Shown here piece after piece: positions 38,999-49,989 of a stretch of DNA of 50,356 nt. The stretch is from Octopus bimaculoides (lineage: Eukaryota): assembly GCF_001194135.2 (NCBI RefSeq), contig NC_068996.1, forward strand, positions 34,564,012-34,614,367, read 5' to 3'. The position numbers were made by a program, and so were the translations under genes. The notes beneath the pieces were generated by a model that ran no database searches, was not told the origin of the DNA, and saw only the letters and a list, made by a program, of their open reading frames with translations. Within the stretch, counting starts at the first letter, position 1; each line of letters starts with the position of its first letter.

Positions 38999-39264
38999 TA
39001 TAGACAATACGAAGAGTGTAATGTGATTGCGATAGATATTTTATTGGCTGAACAATATTTCAATAGTTTGCCTATCTTTGGTGAGTTCAATTTTGAATTT
39101 CTATGTAGCACTTTTCATTTTGAACTTGACAAAGACAAGCAAAGCTGTCGAAATATCGCTCAACCAATAAAATATTTATTGCAACTGCATCATGCTCTTG
39201 GTATTGCATCATGCTCTTTGTGAAGAGCTATGTCAATCCTTTAAAATCCAATAATGATAATAAA

Positions 39265-39470
39265 GGTGGTAAGCTGGCAGAACTATTAGTATGCCAGACA
39301 AAATGCTTATCAGCATTTCATCTGTCTTTATGTTCTGAGTTCAAATTCCACTAAGGTTGACTTTCATCCTTTCAGGGTCAATAAAAGAAATACCAGTCAA
39401 CTTCTAGTGTTGATGTATTTGACTTCCCTCTCCCTTCAAAAACTGCTAGCCTTGTGTCAAAATTTGAAAC
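39265..39470 (+). mobile_element. Second SINE family (ggtaagctggcagaa...gagttcaaattc...ctttcatcctttc..gtcgataaaataagtaccag)
   Basis: Copies at about 10290-10420, 12060-12245, 40466-40668 and 41285-41468 (+), and 8505-8660, 31645-31830 and 39832-40040 (-). Confidence 0.78.
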
Positions 39471-39503
39471 TATTATTATTATTATTGTTGTTGTTGTTGT
39501 TGT

Positions 39504-39535
<32 letters not shown>

Positions 39536-41469
39536 GCTATTTTAGTTAGCAGGGATGTTATCTTGAGGTTTGATGGCAACAAGTCTCCTCAAATCTCAAG
39601 TATGAAGGGCTAAAGAAAATATTACCTTTCAGATCAGTAATGCAAGTCTCAATTTCAATATCCTTCAGCTTCTTAGGTAGCAATTTGGGTGTTGTATGAG
39701 GTTAAAGGAATCATCACAGGAACAGTTCACACTTTTGTTTTTCACAGTCTCTTCATCTCTTTGTCTAGGTCCTGATATTTCTTGAATATCTTATTTTCTT
39801 TGGTATTCACTATATTATCATACAATATTCTTTTCTACTCTAGGCACAAGGCCTGAAATTTGGGGGTAGGTGGGGCAGTCCATTAGATTGGACACAACTG
39901 GTATTTGATTTATCGACCCCGAAAGGATGAAAGGCTAAGTCAACCTCAGTGGAATTTGAACTCAGAATGTAAAGACAGACGAAATACCGCTAAGCATTTC
40001 ACCCAGCGTGCTAACATTTCTGTCAGTTCACTGCCTTCTATTATCATACAATATTGCAAAGTTTATGATTTTATTCTGTTTCTTTTCTTTTGTCCTGTAA
40101 AATCATATTTAGTCTTCTTGCTTCAATAGTGTGGTTAGTCCCTTTGGAAGAAGACCAATAAATCCTGTAGTTCTCATTCTCTATCCATAGCCTTTCGTTT
40201 GTGTTTGTACCACTTTTCTGTTATTTTAAAGCCACACACTCAGCTAGCATCTCAACATACCCTTTTACCTACACAGTTATGCCTTCACTTATACTCTTCT
40301 TATGCTATATTCACTCAAAAAATGGCTAATACTTCTCTCTCCCCTTTTCTGAAGATTCTGCATTTGCTCTCTGAGCTTTATTATTATTACTGTGGCACAA
40401 TGGATAACATACCTGACTACAGATTTGCAGGTTTGAAACCTGGCAACCTCAGATGCGTTTTAAGGTAGCAAACTGGTAGAATCATTAATATGCCGGGTGA
40501 AATGTTTAGCAGTATTTTGTCTGTCTTTACATTCTAAGTTCAAATCCTACCAACTTTACCTTTCATCCTTTCTTGGTCAATAAAATAAGTACCAGTTGAA
40601 CACTGGGATCAATGTAATTGACTTACCCACTCCCCTGAAATTTCAGACCTTGTGCCAATAGTAGAAAGAACTACTACTACTACTATTTTAGTAGTTATGG
40701 TGTTGCACTCATGATTGCAAGATTGTGGTTTCAATTCCTGGACCGGGTGGTGGATTCTATTCTTGAGCAAAACACTTTATTCTGTTTCTCTGCAATCACT
40801 TCAACACCTAACTCATGGTACATTGTGCACCTGTTCAGGTAATGTTGATTTGATGTAGACAGTGAGCTAATGTACAGCACATACATTTGATCACTATAAA
40901 CAAATCATTTGTACAGGTCATTCAACAAAAGCTGACTACTCATAACGTCATTTTCAATGGGAGAGTCCACTATTACTACTACTTACTACTATTATAACCA
41001 CCACCACTGCCACCACTTTACCTTTCGTCCTTTCAAGGTTAATAAAGTACTGACCTTGCTTTAATCAAAATTACTGACCTTGTGCCAAAATTTGAAATCA
41101 TCCCTCCCCCCATTATGTTAAACCTATTTACATGCTAAACCCTCACAACAATAACATACTCGCACACATTCTTTGTTTTGTCTTCTACTGTCCAAAATGT
41201 TTTCCATAATGTAAACTCTTTGTGGTTAATAAAGAAATCATCATCATTATGATTATTATTATTATCAATTATTATTTGTCGGGAGAAAATGCTTAGTGGC
41301 ATTTCATCTGTCTTTGTCCTGAGTTCAAATTCTGCTTGCTGACGTTGGCTTTGCCTTTCATCCTTTCGGGGTCAACCAAACGAATACCAGTTGAGCACTG
41401 GGGTCAATGGAATTGACTTAGCCTTAGCCCCACTCCCAAACATGCAGGGCTTGTATCAAAATTTGAAAT

Positions 41470-41525
41470 CACCATCATCATCATCATCGTTGTCGTCGTC
41501 GCCGTCGTTGTTGTTTTTGTTGTTG

Positions 41526-41580
<55 letters not shown>
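41470..41580. repeat. Compound trinucleotide microsatellite (CAT/CGT/TGT/TAT) abutting the exon 18 acceptor
   Basis: Directly visible. Many other (TA)n, (CA)n, (TG)n, (TC)n and (TAA)n tracts occur, e.g. 3399-3502, 17840-17930, 30245-30375 and 45430-45478. Confidence 0.95.
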
Positions 41581-41581
<1 letters not shown>

Positions 41582-41592
41582 TTCTGTCACAG

Positions 41593-41854
41593 GCTGCAGC
41601 AATGGCTGTTTGTCAGTACTTAACAGCTGTATCTGGACAGCCACAAGATGTCTTTGACTCCAGTTCTGACAGCGAAGATATTGTGCCTTACCTAGTCAAT
41701 TCTGCATCAGTGTCTCAGGTATCTCCTAACCGTACCCCTAAGTCCAAAAGAGTACGACAAAGTTCACTGCAGCAGCCTTTGCCTCCTGTGGTGTTCCAGT
41801 TGCAAGAAATGGGTTTCCCCCGAAAGAATGTAGAACATGCCATTAAAGCTCTTG
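41593..41854 (+). CDS. HERC2: HERC2 exon (window exon 18), first half of UBA-like domain
   Basis: tcacag / gtaagt, phase 0 to 1. Encodes AAAMAVCQYL...PLPPVVFQLQEMGFPRKNVEHAIKAL. Confidence 0.96.
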
Positions 41855-44150
41855 GTAAGTCAAAAATATACATTGATGACAATTCACATTAAAATTTAAT
41901 GGGTTTAATTTTTAATTAACTCCACAACTAATTTTATATTTCTATACTGTTTCTTTACTGGATCACATGTAATTTGTTCAAATTCTAACGTCGGCTTTGG
42001 TATAGTTTCTGTGGGCAGTATGCATTTCCTAATGCCATCTGCTTTGCAGTGTGTACTGAGTACTTTTGCATGGCAATGCCACCAGTGAGTTACTTGCTGA
42101 CCTCACTGGTGCTAGTTCTACATAAAAAAAAGTCAGTACATTCTGTAAAGTGTTCAGTGTTAGGAAGAGCATCAAGTCATATAGACATTACTAAAGCAAA
42201 TAAGGTTTGGTACAGTCCTTTAGCTCACCAGCTCCTGTTGACCTGTACAGCCCATGCCAGCATGGAAAATTGACTTTAAATGATAATGTTGATGTACATT
42301 AAACCTGGTGATTAATTCTGAAGAACAGTTCATAGATACAGGTATGACTGTGTGGGTTCAGAAGTTTTATCTGGAATCACCTCATGATTATGAGGTTAGG
42401 TCCCACTGCATGGATACTGTTAGCTATTGAATTCTACTGGTGATGCAGGTTAGAAAAAGCTTGAATGTGTATATGTGATTGAGTATGAATTCCTCTTGTC
42501 TTAACATGTGCACACTGATTGTAAACAAAAACATAACTTTTCATTCAAACAGTGTTATTTGCTTGTAGTTCTCTCTGAAAGCTTGTCCAAGCTATGTGTT
42601 GATCTTTAGACTGGGGTAGTATTACCTTGCTTCAAAACAGTTGAGTGTTGCTCTCTGATAGGTTGCTATCATAGAATCAGAGATTGTTGTCTCCAGTGGA
42701 TTACTATCTGTCAAGTTTTGTAATTTGTTTATTTCATAAGCATAGGTATAGGAACAAAGATCAAATAGCTGTAAACTGCAAATTTATATCTCGTAGCAGA
42801 TGTACAACCAACAGCAGAACATATGAAAAGGGGTAACATCAGCTGTGATCCTGCAATGATGGAATCAATTGTGTGTCCCCGTTTATTTTACTAGCAATAT
42901 ATATATATATTAAAAAAATGTTCACATAAAACTCGTGCATATCATGTGACTGGCAGTTTTTAATTATTGAAACAAATGTACAGCATGTGTTATATATTCA
43001 TAAGGAGTTCAATACATGACACTATCAAAAGGGTGAAATATAAATTCCTCATCATTGTTTAGCATCAGCTATTCTATGCTTCCATGGCTCAGATGGACTT
43101 CACTGAGACAGATTTTCTACAGATGGATGCCCTTCTTGATTCCAAGCAAGGTAATATTTTCTTTAGTCCTTCGTACATGAACAGCCCAATATTGGACATG
43201 TTTTTCATGGAAGATTACAAACATGTGACACTTGCTGAATGACAGTGACATCTGTTTACCACCAGCACACAATCTCAAGAGAAGGAGAAATAATTACACA
43301 CATACACATCATACATGCTTATCAAACTTTTACAAGAAAAGGGATGACAGTCATTTTGAAGTTTCAGCTTGATAGTCCAGTGAAGTCTAGCAGTTCAAAA
43401 CTTTGAAGTCAATGTCATTCTTTTTCTTGTAGAAGTTTACTAAACATGTATTCTACAAAAAAAAAAAAAGAAAGCAACAGCAAAAAATTGAGTAATTCAA
43501 TGTTAAATTGTTTTTATATATAACTTAAAATGAAAACAAACATTAATGTGTGTGTGTGTGTGTGTGTGTNNNNNNNNNNNNNNNNNNNNNNNNNNNNNNN
43601 NNNNNNNNNNNNNNNNNNNNNNNNNNNNNNNNNNNNNNNNNNNNNNNNNNNNNNNNNNNNNNNNNNNNNNNNNNNNNNNNNNNNNNNNNNNNNNNNNNNN
43701 NNNNNNNNNNNNNNNNNNNNNNNNNNNNNNNNNNNNNNNNNNNNNNNNNNNNNNNNNNNNNNNNNNNNNNNNNNNNNNNNNNNNNNNNNNNNNNNNNNNN
43801 NNNNNNNNNNNNNNNNNNNNNNNNNNNNNNNNNNNNNNNNNNNNNNNNNNNNNNNNNNNNNNNNNNNNNNNNNNNNNNNNNNNNNNNNNNNNNNNNNNNN
43901 NNNNNNNNNNNNNNNNNNNNNNNNNNNNNNNNNNNNNNNNNNNNNNNNNNNNNNNNNNNNNNNNNNNNNNNNNNNNNNNNNNNNNNNNNNNNNNNNNNNN
44001 NNNNNNNNNNNNNNNNNNNNNNNNNNNNNNNNNNNNNNNNNNNNNNNNNNNNNNNNNNNNNNNNNNNNNNNNNNNNNNNNNNNNNNNNNNNNNNNNNNNN
44101 NNNNNNNNNAAACCATCTTTCCTATGACTCGTGTTTATATGTAATCTGGT

Positions 44151-44228
44151 TATTCCGCTGAAGATAGTTTGACCTTGTAAGGTATATTTTTATCTTGCTA
44201 AAATAACTTGAAACCATGGTACGGAATA
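44151..44228 (+). ncRNA. Type I hammerhead ribozyme motif with a U-U mismatch at the base of stem II
   Basis: Stem I TATTCCG(44151-57)/CGGAATA(44222-28); CTGAAGA 44158-64; AGTT(44166-69)/AACT(44205-08) with a T44165/T44209 mismatch; GAAA 44210-13; stem III palindrome ACCATGGT; GUA triplet, site after 44221. Confidence 0.72.
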
Positions 44229-44355
44229 TAGATTGGTAAATGTTTTTATTTTTCATTCCCTTTCGAAATTATTCCTATTTTTGTGGTATAGAGTTTTTTG
44301 CTGCTCTTTCTAGCGGGTCAGATGTCCTATTATAGGCATCTCTGTATTTTAAATG

Positions 44356-44392
<37 letters not shown>

Positions 44393-44520
44393 GTTAATTT
44401 GAGGAAGTTATATCCTCATTAGGGATTATATAATCCAAGGTATTCCACTGGTTAATCCCTATCATCTAATATGAAAGTCCTTGGTGTTATGTTAGGGATT
44501 ATTGAAATTATATATTATCA

Positions 44521-45420
44521 ATATTGAGGGGAAAAAGAAAATGGAGAAATAAAGAAATAATGGATGTATGAATAATTTATAATGTTATAAAGTAATGAAA
44601 ATTTCTTTTAAAACATAGTACAAATAAATTGATTACAAGTTGTAAAACTCAAAAAATAAAGGAACCTACATATGTGTTTCAGTCCTATCACCTAGTTGAT
44701 CAGAAATTCCAAGCGTTTGGTTAAAACTGTTATAATGCATATCTAGGGAAACTTATAAACGGTTTATAAGTAAGTTTTACTAGATACATATTATAGCGGT
44801 TATTTTTCAAACTTTCATCTATCCTCTATTCTGATAATGTCATATATTGCTACTCCTCTCTATCTTTCCACAACTGTATCTATTACTAAACCAATAAGAA
44901 AAATCTATAGGTTTTATTTTGTTTTTAATGTTGTTTATTTTATCTTTTTAGCTTGATTTTATTAAAAAAATTTTATGCATATTTTATTTATTTATTTGTT
45001 TTCTAATTTATAGTATATGGTATATACATGAATATATAGAGCCCATCAATTAGATACACTTACTATATATAACTTTTAACTTCTTTAATCCATTAATAAT
45101 CCGTATGCATCCTTCAAAAGAAAAATGATTACCTAAGTTCCATGAGCTCAGAATTAACCCTGAAGAAGTCCTACCACCATATAGTTAGAATATGATATCT
45201 TTCTTAGCATTTAACACAATGCTTGGAATTTCTGATCAACTAGATGATAGGACTGAAACATATATGTAGGTTGCTTTATCTTTTTTTTTTTCAGCTTTAC
45301 AACTTGTAATCAATTTATTTGTATTGTGTTTTAAAAGAAATTTTCATAATTTTATAACATACAAATAAATTATTCACAAATCCATTATTTCTCCATTTTC
45401 TTTTTTTCCCCCCTCAATAT
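44521..45420. repeat. About 200-bp inverted repeat pair (44521-44723 / 45211-45420) around a spacer with small hairpins
   Basis: atattgaggggaaaaagaaaatggag...cagaaattccaagc mirrors gcttggaatttctg...ctccattttctttttttccccctcaatat. The left arm holds only the 3' half of the 45155 hammerhead, in antisense. Confidence 0.9.
45155..45273 (+). ncRNA. Type I hammerhead ribozyme motif with intact core and long branched stem II
   Basis: Stem I TAACC(45155-59)/GGTTG(45269-73); CTGAAGA 45160-66; stem II AGTCCTA(45167-73)/TAGGACT(45248-54); GAAA 45255-58; stem III palindrome ACATATATGT 45258-67; GUA triplet with predicted cleavage after 45268. Confidence 0.8.
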
Positions 45421-45425
45421 ATATG

Positions 45426-45481
<56 letters not shown>

Positions 45482-46734
45482 TATATTTGTATGTGTGTAA
45501 ATGTTTGTTTATATGCGTATGTTTGCATGTGTGTGTATACGAACGGGTATTTATGTTCCATGCTTCCTGTTCTGTTTTTCTGTTATGTGTTTATTAACTG
45601 TCAGTAATTGTTGTTGTATCAATAAGTTGGTAGATGTTACTCTACTCTGCTTAAATCTCTAACATTATAAACAAATTTATCTATACGATCTATACAATAT
45701 GTCACATATTTTAGATAGCAGTTATGCATGCATGTGCATGTGTACATTTTTATTGTGTATTTACATTCAAATACACAATATAACATGTGTGAGTTGTTGT
45801 TGTTTAGCCCCAGGTTAGCCTTAAATGAGTGGATCCACAAATAAAGGCAATCCAGCATTGATCATTCATCTTATATTCAGGTATGATGAATCTAGGACTA
45901 CATTATCTGAGGTGTTCTTCTCTTAAGACAGTAGGGTTACATTGGCTGTTACTTTTATCAGTTCAAGTAATATTGTAAGATATCATACAGTTTTATAATA
46001 TGTCATCATGTTCCTGGTGAATAGTGAGATTCAAAACAATGACTTGGACATTTATTCTTAATATGTTCCAGTAGATTCAAATATGAATATACTAATCACT
46101 GTTGTGTTCATTACAACAGTGATTAGCATATTAAGGTTCGAATCTACCAGAGGTTTTATAGTTTGCAGGAAAGGTAATCACAAAGATCTGTGTGTTCTAA
46201 TGAAACAGCTATGAACATATTTATCAGGACAGTACATTAGTGTGTGTGTGTAGGGGGGAGAAAGGTGCAGCAATTGTTGTGTAGTTTAGAAAAGATATCA
46301 GATATATTTTTGTGACACATCATAATTGAATTGGAATCAGCAAGTCATTCAGAAAGGATTCTTTAAGTTGTAAGTTTTGATTATCAAAGATATATTCTGG
46401 AATTTTTCTCTTCATTTCCTTGGAATCCTTACAACAAATGTAAATCTGTAATGGAACTGATTTCTTGAAATGTTATGTCTACAGATGATTATCTGATAGC
46501 AAACACTCTTTTTGTTGGAAATGTTGGTTGTGTTGGAAAATGAAGAATGCCTGGAGAGAACACAAATGGACTAAACCATAAAAAGAAGTAGGGAAATACT
46601 TAAGTAAGATTCCTTAAGATAGGAGATAGTGAAGATGAGAACATCTGAAGAAAGATCACAGAGAGAACCAATCTATACTATGTAAGTAAGGGAGGCGAAG
46701 ATTACAAAGTTGAGTGGTATTAAAACTGACACTA

Positions 46735-47190
46735 TAATGACAATAAGTTTATTGTATACAGTGCTGATGTGCACTACAACTCATCAGAAAAGGATAAAAG
46801 AAAGGACAGAAAGCAGACACATAAGCCAAGTACAGAAAAATAGAAATGGAGGCTAGAAGTACATACACAGTACACAAAATAAAACACTAAGAGGATAAAA
46901 AAAGTGAATAATAAAATGTCATAAAGAGGAAAGGGTACATAGGTAGGTTAGGAGTAGTGTTGGTGAATTTCAGGAAGCATAACATTTTTGAAGGATACAG
47001 TGTTCTGATGGCCAACTAACACAGATAGTTTATGCCATGCTTCAATAATTCTGAACACGAGAAAAAATGTTTCTGAAAGTCATGTGTGTTGTGATTGCTT
47101 TTATTTAGAAGCGAGCGAATTCTTTCTGTGTGGCAAATGTATTTGATTGGCACATCCTGTAGTCTAATTCTGGGACTCTATTTATCAGTG
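46735..47190 (-). mobile_element. CR1/L2-type LINE 3' end, second copy
   Basis: Shares gtgttggtgaatttca..gaaaaaatgtttctgaaagtcatg with 34850-35000. Confidence 0.7.
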
Positions 47191-47720
47191 GTAATGTGAA
47201 GAATGAAAAAAACAAAAGGATTTGATATGAGACTAACAAGTCACAAAATTAAATATAATTTTATTTTAATATAGTTATAGAGTGTGTGTGTGTGTATAAG
47301 CACACACTACTGAAGTAAGTGTTATTGTATATCAACTAGTGTGATATATAAATCTTAATTGTTGTGGTTCATGTGTTTGATTAAAGAATATCTCAATGTG
47401 GTAATTTACAGTTATAACATAATAATATCTAATTTTAGAATTAATTGTATTGTTTAAAAAGAATATAGCTTGTACAGATTTAAATTGTTTCAAAACATGA
47501 CATTTGATTATAGAATCTTAATTAAAAAATATAGTCAGGGTTAAGAGATGTTTAGTAGAGTGCAGGGAAAAAGAGAATAATCTACAATGGTAAGATAATA
47601 GTATTCAGTCTCAAATTGTGAATTATTCTGTAATTTGTGTACTTATGTGAGGGAATAAATTTTTGAAGCTTTTGTTCCAAAAGTTTCCAAGATAAGTCTG
47701 ACAATCATTTCATGTTCCAG

Positions 47721-47753
47721 AGGAAGTGGGTTCTAAATATGACAATGATGGAG
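47721..47753 (+). CDS. HERC2: Probable 33-nt HERC2 microexon
   Basis: ttccag / gtaaga, symmetric phase 1-1. Encodes (x)EVGSKYDNDG(G), acidic like the HERC2 post-UBA linker. Too short for firm homology. Confidence 0.55.
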
Positions 47754-48165
47754 GTAAGATAATGCCTCATTTTATAATTCATTAATGTTTTTTTATTATT
47801 TTTATTATTAATCTATTGCCACTAATGTAAATAACAATATATCCCTTTCATATCATCAGCATGAACAACCTGACATTTCTCCACTAGAACTTTGTTTATG
47901 GCTGTTTTAAAAAAAATGAGTTTTTTTTTTTTTTTGTCACCTTCATATTTTGCATAGAAATACTCTTCATCAATGCAATTATGTCAGTGCAGAAGGTATA
48001 AAGGACAAACTTGTTGATCTATATTTTATCCATTATCTTTTACTTGTTTCAGTCATTGGACTGCAGCCATGTTGGGGGACCATCTTAAAGGGTTTTAAAC
48101 AAACAAATCAACGCCAGTACCTTTTTCTTTTAAAGTCTGTTTCTTTTTCCTGATCNNNNNNNNNN

Positions 48166-48227
<62 letters not shown>

Positions 48228-49989
48228 CTGGTTTCATTCAGTTTCTGCCTATCAAATCCACCCACAATCCTTTGGTTAGCCTGGCAGTATAGTTGAAAAC
48301 ACTTGCCCAAGGTGCCACACAGAGTGACTGAACCTAAACCATTTGATTAGAAAGCAAACTTCTTACCACACTGCCATATCAGTGCCTATATCAAACTAAA
48401 TATAAGTTAATTAAAAACTTTAAAACAGAGTGTTGGGTCTGATATGACTGTCTATATCCCATAAACAATTTATTTTGTTATTCTTTTCTTTAGTTTGTTG
48501 TTGGAGGCAAATCATAGCTCTTGTTTATCATTTGACTTATGAAATTATTTCAGTCATTAAAATTTGAAAAGACATTTTAAAAGTGATTATTGGAAAAGTC
48601 CTGCTCCTCTTCTAAATGTAAGACAAGTCCATCAACATGAAGTGTTGTGAAAAGGTTATGATCAACAGCTTTCAAATGGTTTAATCACGGATTCTTCCTT
48701 TGCTATCAGAAGTCTACTTGAAGAAAAGGATATGCAGATAATAATTGTTTCAATATGATTATAGATGCGGTGTGTACGTGCATGTGTGTGTGTGTGTGTG
48801 TACATACCTGCATGCATGCACAGGTAGTTATTCCCCCTTTCAAGGGTCAATGGGTAAAATACTCTTCCACACAAGAGTGTGTTAGAATGTTGGGCTGTCA
48901 AAGGTGATGCCTTGCAATATCTATTTCAGTTTTGGGACTTTTGTTACTGAAATGAAATAAAATTCAAGCTCTTAACCAAGTACCCAGGTATTTCAGCTGA
49001 TGGTTCTCCTGGCTGTAGAGAATACAATTACAAATATATTGTAAATAGTTTCTGATGACCTAATTTCATTTACATTCTTCACATTGATGGAATGGGATAT
49101 TTTACACTAGTATGCTTAGAATATTTATTTTTCTCATAATGTATCATTTAATTGGATATGCCAAGATATTTATACTGTAGATTATGGCCATAATATTAAC
49201 AATCCAAGATCATCCATATTTTTAAAGTGATTGATGTTAGAAAGGGCATCCAGCTGTGAAAAGAACCCCCCCCCCCCCAAAAAAAAACCTCAATATCAGA
49301 CAGTGGAGCTTGGTGTAGTTCTCTGGTTTGTCAGCTCCTATCAAGCTGTCAACCCATGCCAACATGAAAAGCGGAAGTTAAATGACATGATGATAATAAT
49401 AATATATAAAATGGCCTGTATCAGCTGAAGAAGTGCAGTGATCATATCGTTGACACAGAAATTTGAAGCCCTGTATATGAGTCTCCATGATCTTATCATT
49501 CAGTGAATATAGTCCTCTATTTGCAGTGATATTGAGGTCTACATCTGTTGTCATTACATGCAACTGGTTAGTACTTACATTATGTTATATCATATATAGT
49601 ATGATATATAATATAGTGTAAGCACTGAAAGTCTATACAAGAGGTTTCCTCAGGACAAATACTGCAGTGCATTATTTACATTATTTACATTTGACAGATA
49701 TTTGTCCTTAATCGCCTTACCTCGGTTTTCCTTTCCTCGACTGCGAGTCTGTCTTGCGGTATCCAATCCTTGAAGCTTGCCCCGACCCAAAGTACACCAG
49801 GAATAGCAGCTGCTTCTCCCAAACCTAGACCGTCGCTTAACACGTCTTGTCCTGACCACAACCCTGTTTGAAAAGGGCACGAATCCCGATCGAGGCTCCC
49901 TCTGCCCTTTTTCCCCTTCTGGTCAACTTGCTCTTCCGGTCAGCCTCCCCAGACACTGACGTCATACCACACGCCACCCTGTCACTGTT

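Noticed and set aside
42797-42832. Possible 36-nt phase 1-1 exon (ADVQPTAEHMKRG)
   Set aside because: Weak polypyrimidine tract and donor, and no recognisable HERC2 similarity.
44385-44440. Minus-strand CTAATGA GGA..TCC TCAAA hammerhead-like remnant
   Set aside because: Both core segments are mutated; cannot be supported without a family consensus.
45881-45980. Acceptor-like cag followed by a frame containing HWLL, as a candidate for the missing UBA exon
   Set aside because: The frame closes without a suitable donor, the peptide does not resemble the UBA helix, and the sequence looks like an interspersed repeat.
49424-49480. Hammerhead-like CTGAAGA A GTG...CAC A GAAA TTTG
   Set aside because: G at the cleavage position, no stem I partner and a mismatched stem II base. 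At best a heavily decayed copy.
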